Source: Cyanobacteriota bacterium
GTDB lineage: Bacteria > Cyanobacteriota > Cyanobacteriia > Thermostichales > Thermostichaceae
Reading direction: 5' to 3'
DNA: 64,000 bases
Assembly: GCA_033764955.1 (NCBI GenBank)
Contig: JANRIL010000006.1
Location: forward strand, 1-64,000
This document shows positions 63,257 to 64,000 of this stretch, piece by piece; position 1 is the first letter of the stretch, and every line of letters starts with the position of its first letter. The translations under genes were made by a program, and so were the position numbers. The notes beneath the pieces are model-generated. The model was not told the origin of the DNA and did not search any database. It was given only the letters and a program-made list of their open reading frames with translations.

Positions 63257-63805
63257 TCACGCTAACTGTAATGCCAGACGGCGCAGTTGCCCACGCAAGC
63301 TGAGATCCATCACCTGGGATCCCACTTTGATAATTACCCCTCCAATCAGGCTGCTATCCACATAGCTTTGCAGTTCGACACTACTGACTTGACTAAACTG
63401 CATAACCCGATCACGAATCGCCTGCTTGTGGACATCCGTCAACTCAATGGCCGAGGTCACTTCCGCCAGAGCCACTCGCTGTAGCTTGCGCTGGAGTTCG
63501 AGAAATCGTTGACAAACCGCCGTGATAAACATGATGCGTCGTCGATCCGTCAATAGCTTAAAGGTGTTAAGGATCAAGGGATGGATTTGATCCTGCAACA
63601 CGCTTTCCAAGAGCTGCTTCTTGGCTTCTACCTTGATAATCGGGCTAGCCAAAAATTGTCCCAACTCCGGTGCCGCCTCTAACGCCGCCACGACAAAGCG
63701 AATGTCGGCGGCAAACGAATCGACCAGGTTGTGGGCGGAAGCCAACGCCAACAATGCCTCGGCATAGGGATCCGCGATTTGCTGCGCCATTGCACCTGCT
63801 GCCAT
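63257..63805 (-). CDS. atpH: ATP synthase F1 delta subunit
   Basis: PYAEAL, AEVTSA..L, LIGGVIIKVG..D.S; position upstream of atpA. Confidence 0.95.
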   Translation of the reverse strand: MAAGAMAQQIADPYAEALLALASAHNLVDSFAADIRFVVAALEAAPELGQFLASPIIKVEAKKQLLESVLQDQIHPLILNTFKLLTDRRRIMFITAVCQRFLELQRKLQRVALAEVTSAIELTDVHKQAIRDRVMQFSQVSSVELQSYVDSSLIGGVIIKVGSQVMDLSLRGQLRRLALQLA

Positions 63806-63806
63806 G

Positions 63807-64000
63807 TTATCGCTGTCCTCCTAACTGCTGAATGCCTTGCTCAATCAGGGATCCCTGAATGGATTCGCTGACTCGTTGCGGGAGTTCTGCCTCCACTTGC
63901 GCCAGAGCACGCAGGGCAATTTGCCGCCGCAATTCCTGAATGACCCGCTCCCGCTCGGTGGAAGCATCTTTCTCGGCGTTGGCTCGCATCCGCTCGATAT
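63807..64000 (-). CDS. atpF: ATP synthase F0 subunit b, 3' part (truncated by window end)
   Basis: Helical ER....LRRQIA..AL pattern directly upstream of delta. Confidence 0.85.
   Translation of the reverse strand, partial: IERMRANAEKDASTERERVIQELRRQIALRALAQVEAELPQRVSESIQGSLIEQGIQQLGGQR

Overview
Cyanobacterial chromosomal segment (psaAB, atp operon end, hli, sqdX, plmA). It is saturated with the palindrome GGGATCCC rather than canonical HIP1 GCGATCGC, a signature known from the hot-spring Synechococcus JA/Thermostichus lineage (taxon assignment is inference). The first ~3.6 kb is an AT-richer, GGGATCCC-free integron cassette array with three related 86-87 bp attC sites and no integrase in view. 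It includes an inverted two-gene cassette pairing a Schlafen/AlbA_2-GHKL-like protein with a ParA-type ATPase, a candidate defence or addiction module. At 17.0-21.2 kb a collagen-like lipoprotein (47 uninterrupted Gly-X-Y triplets) is followed by one enzyme fusing GT2-TPR-GT2 to a 2OG-Fe(II) prolyl-hydroxylase-like domain, a candidate bacterial collagen hydroxylation/glycosylation system. The remainder is mostly housekeeping genes. It also holds an orphan WGR-DUF4132 gene, an HspR-like regulator next to an IS630 relic, an ABC pseudogene, a truncated haemoglobin and several readable regulatory sites. All calls were made by eye from motifs, with no database searches; many start codons are adjusted from the ORF track.
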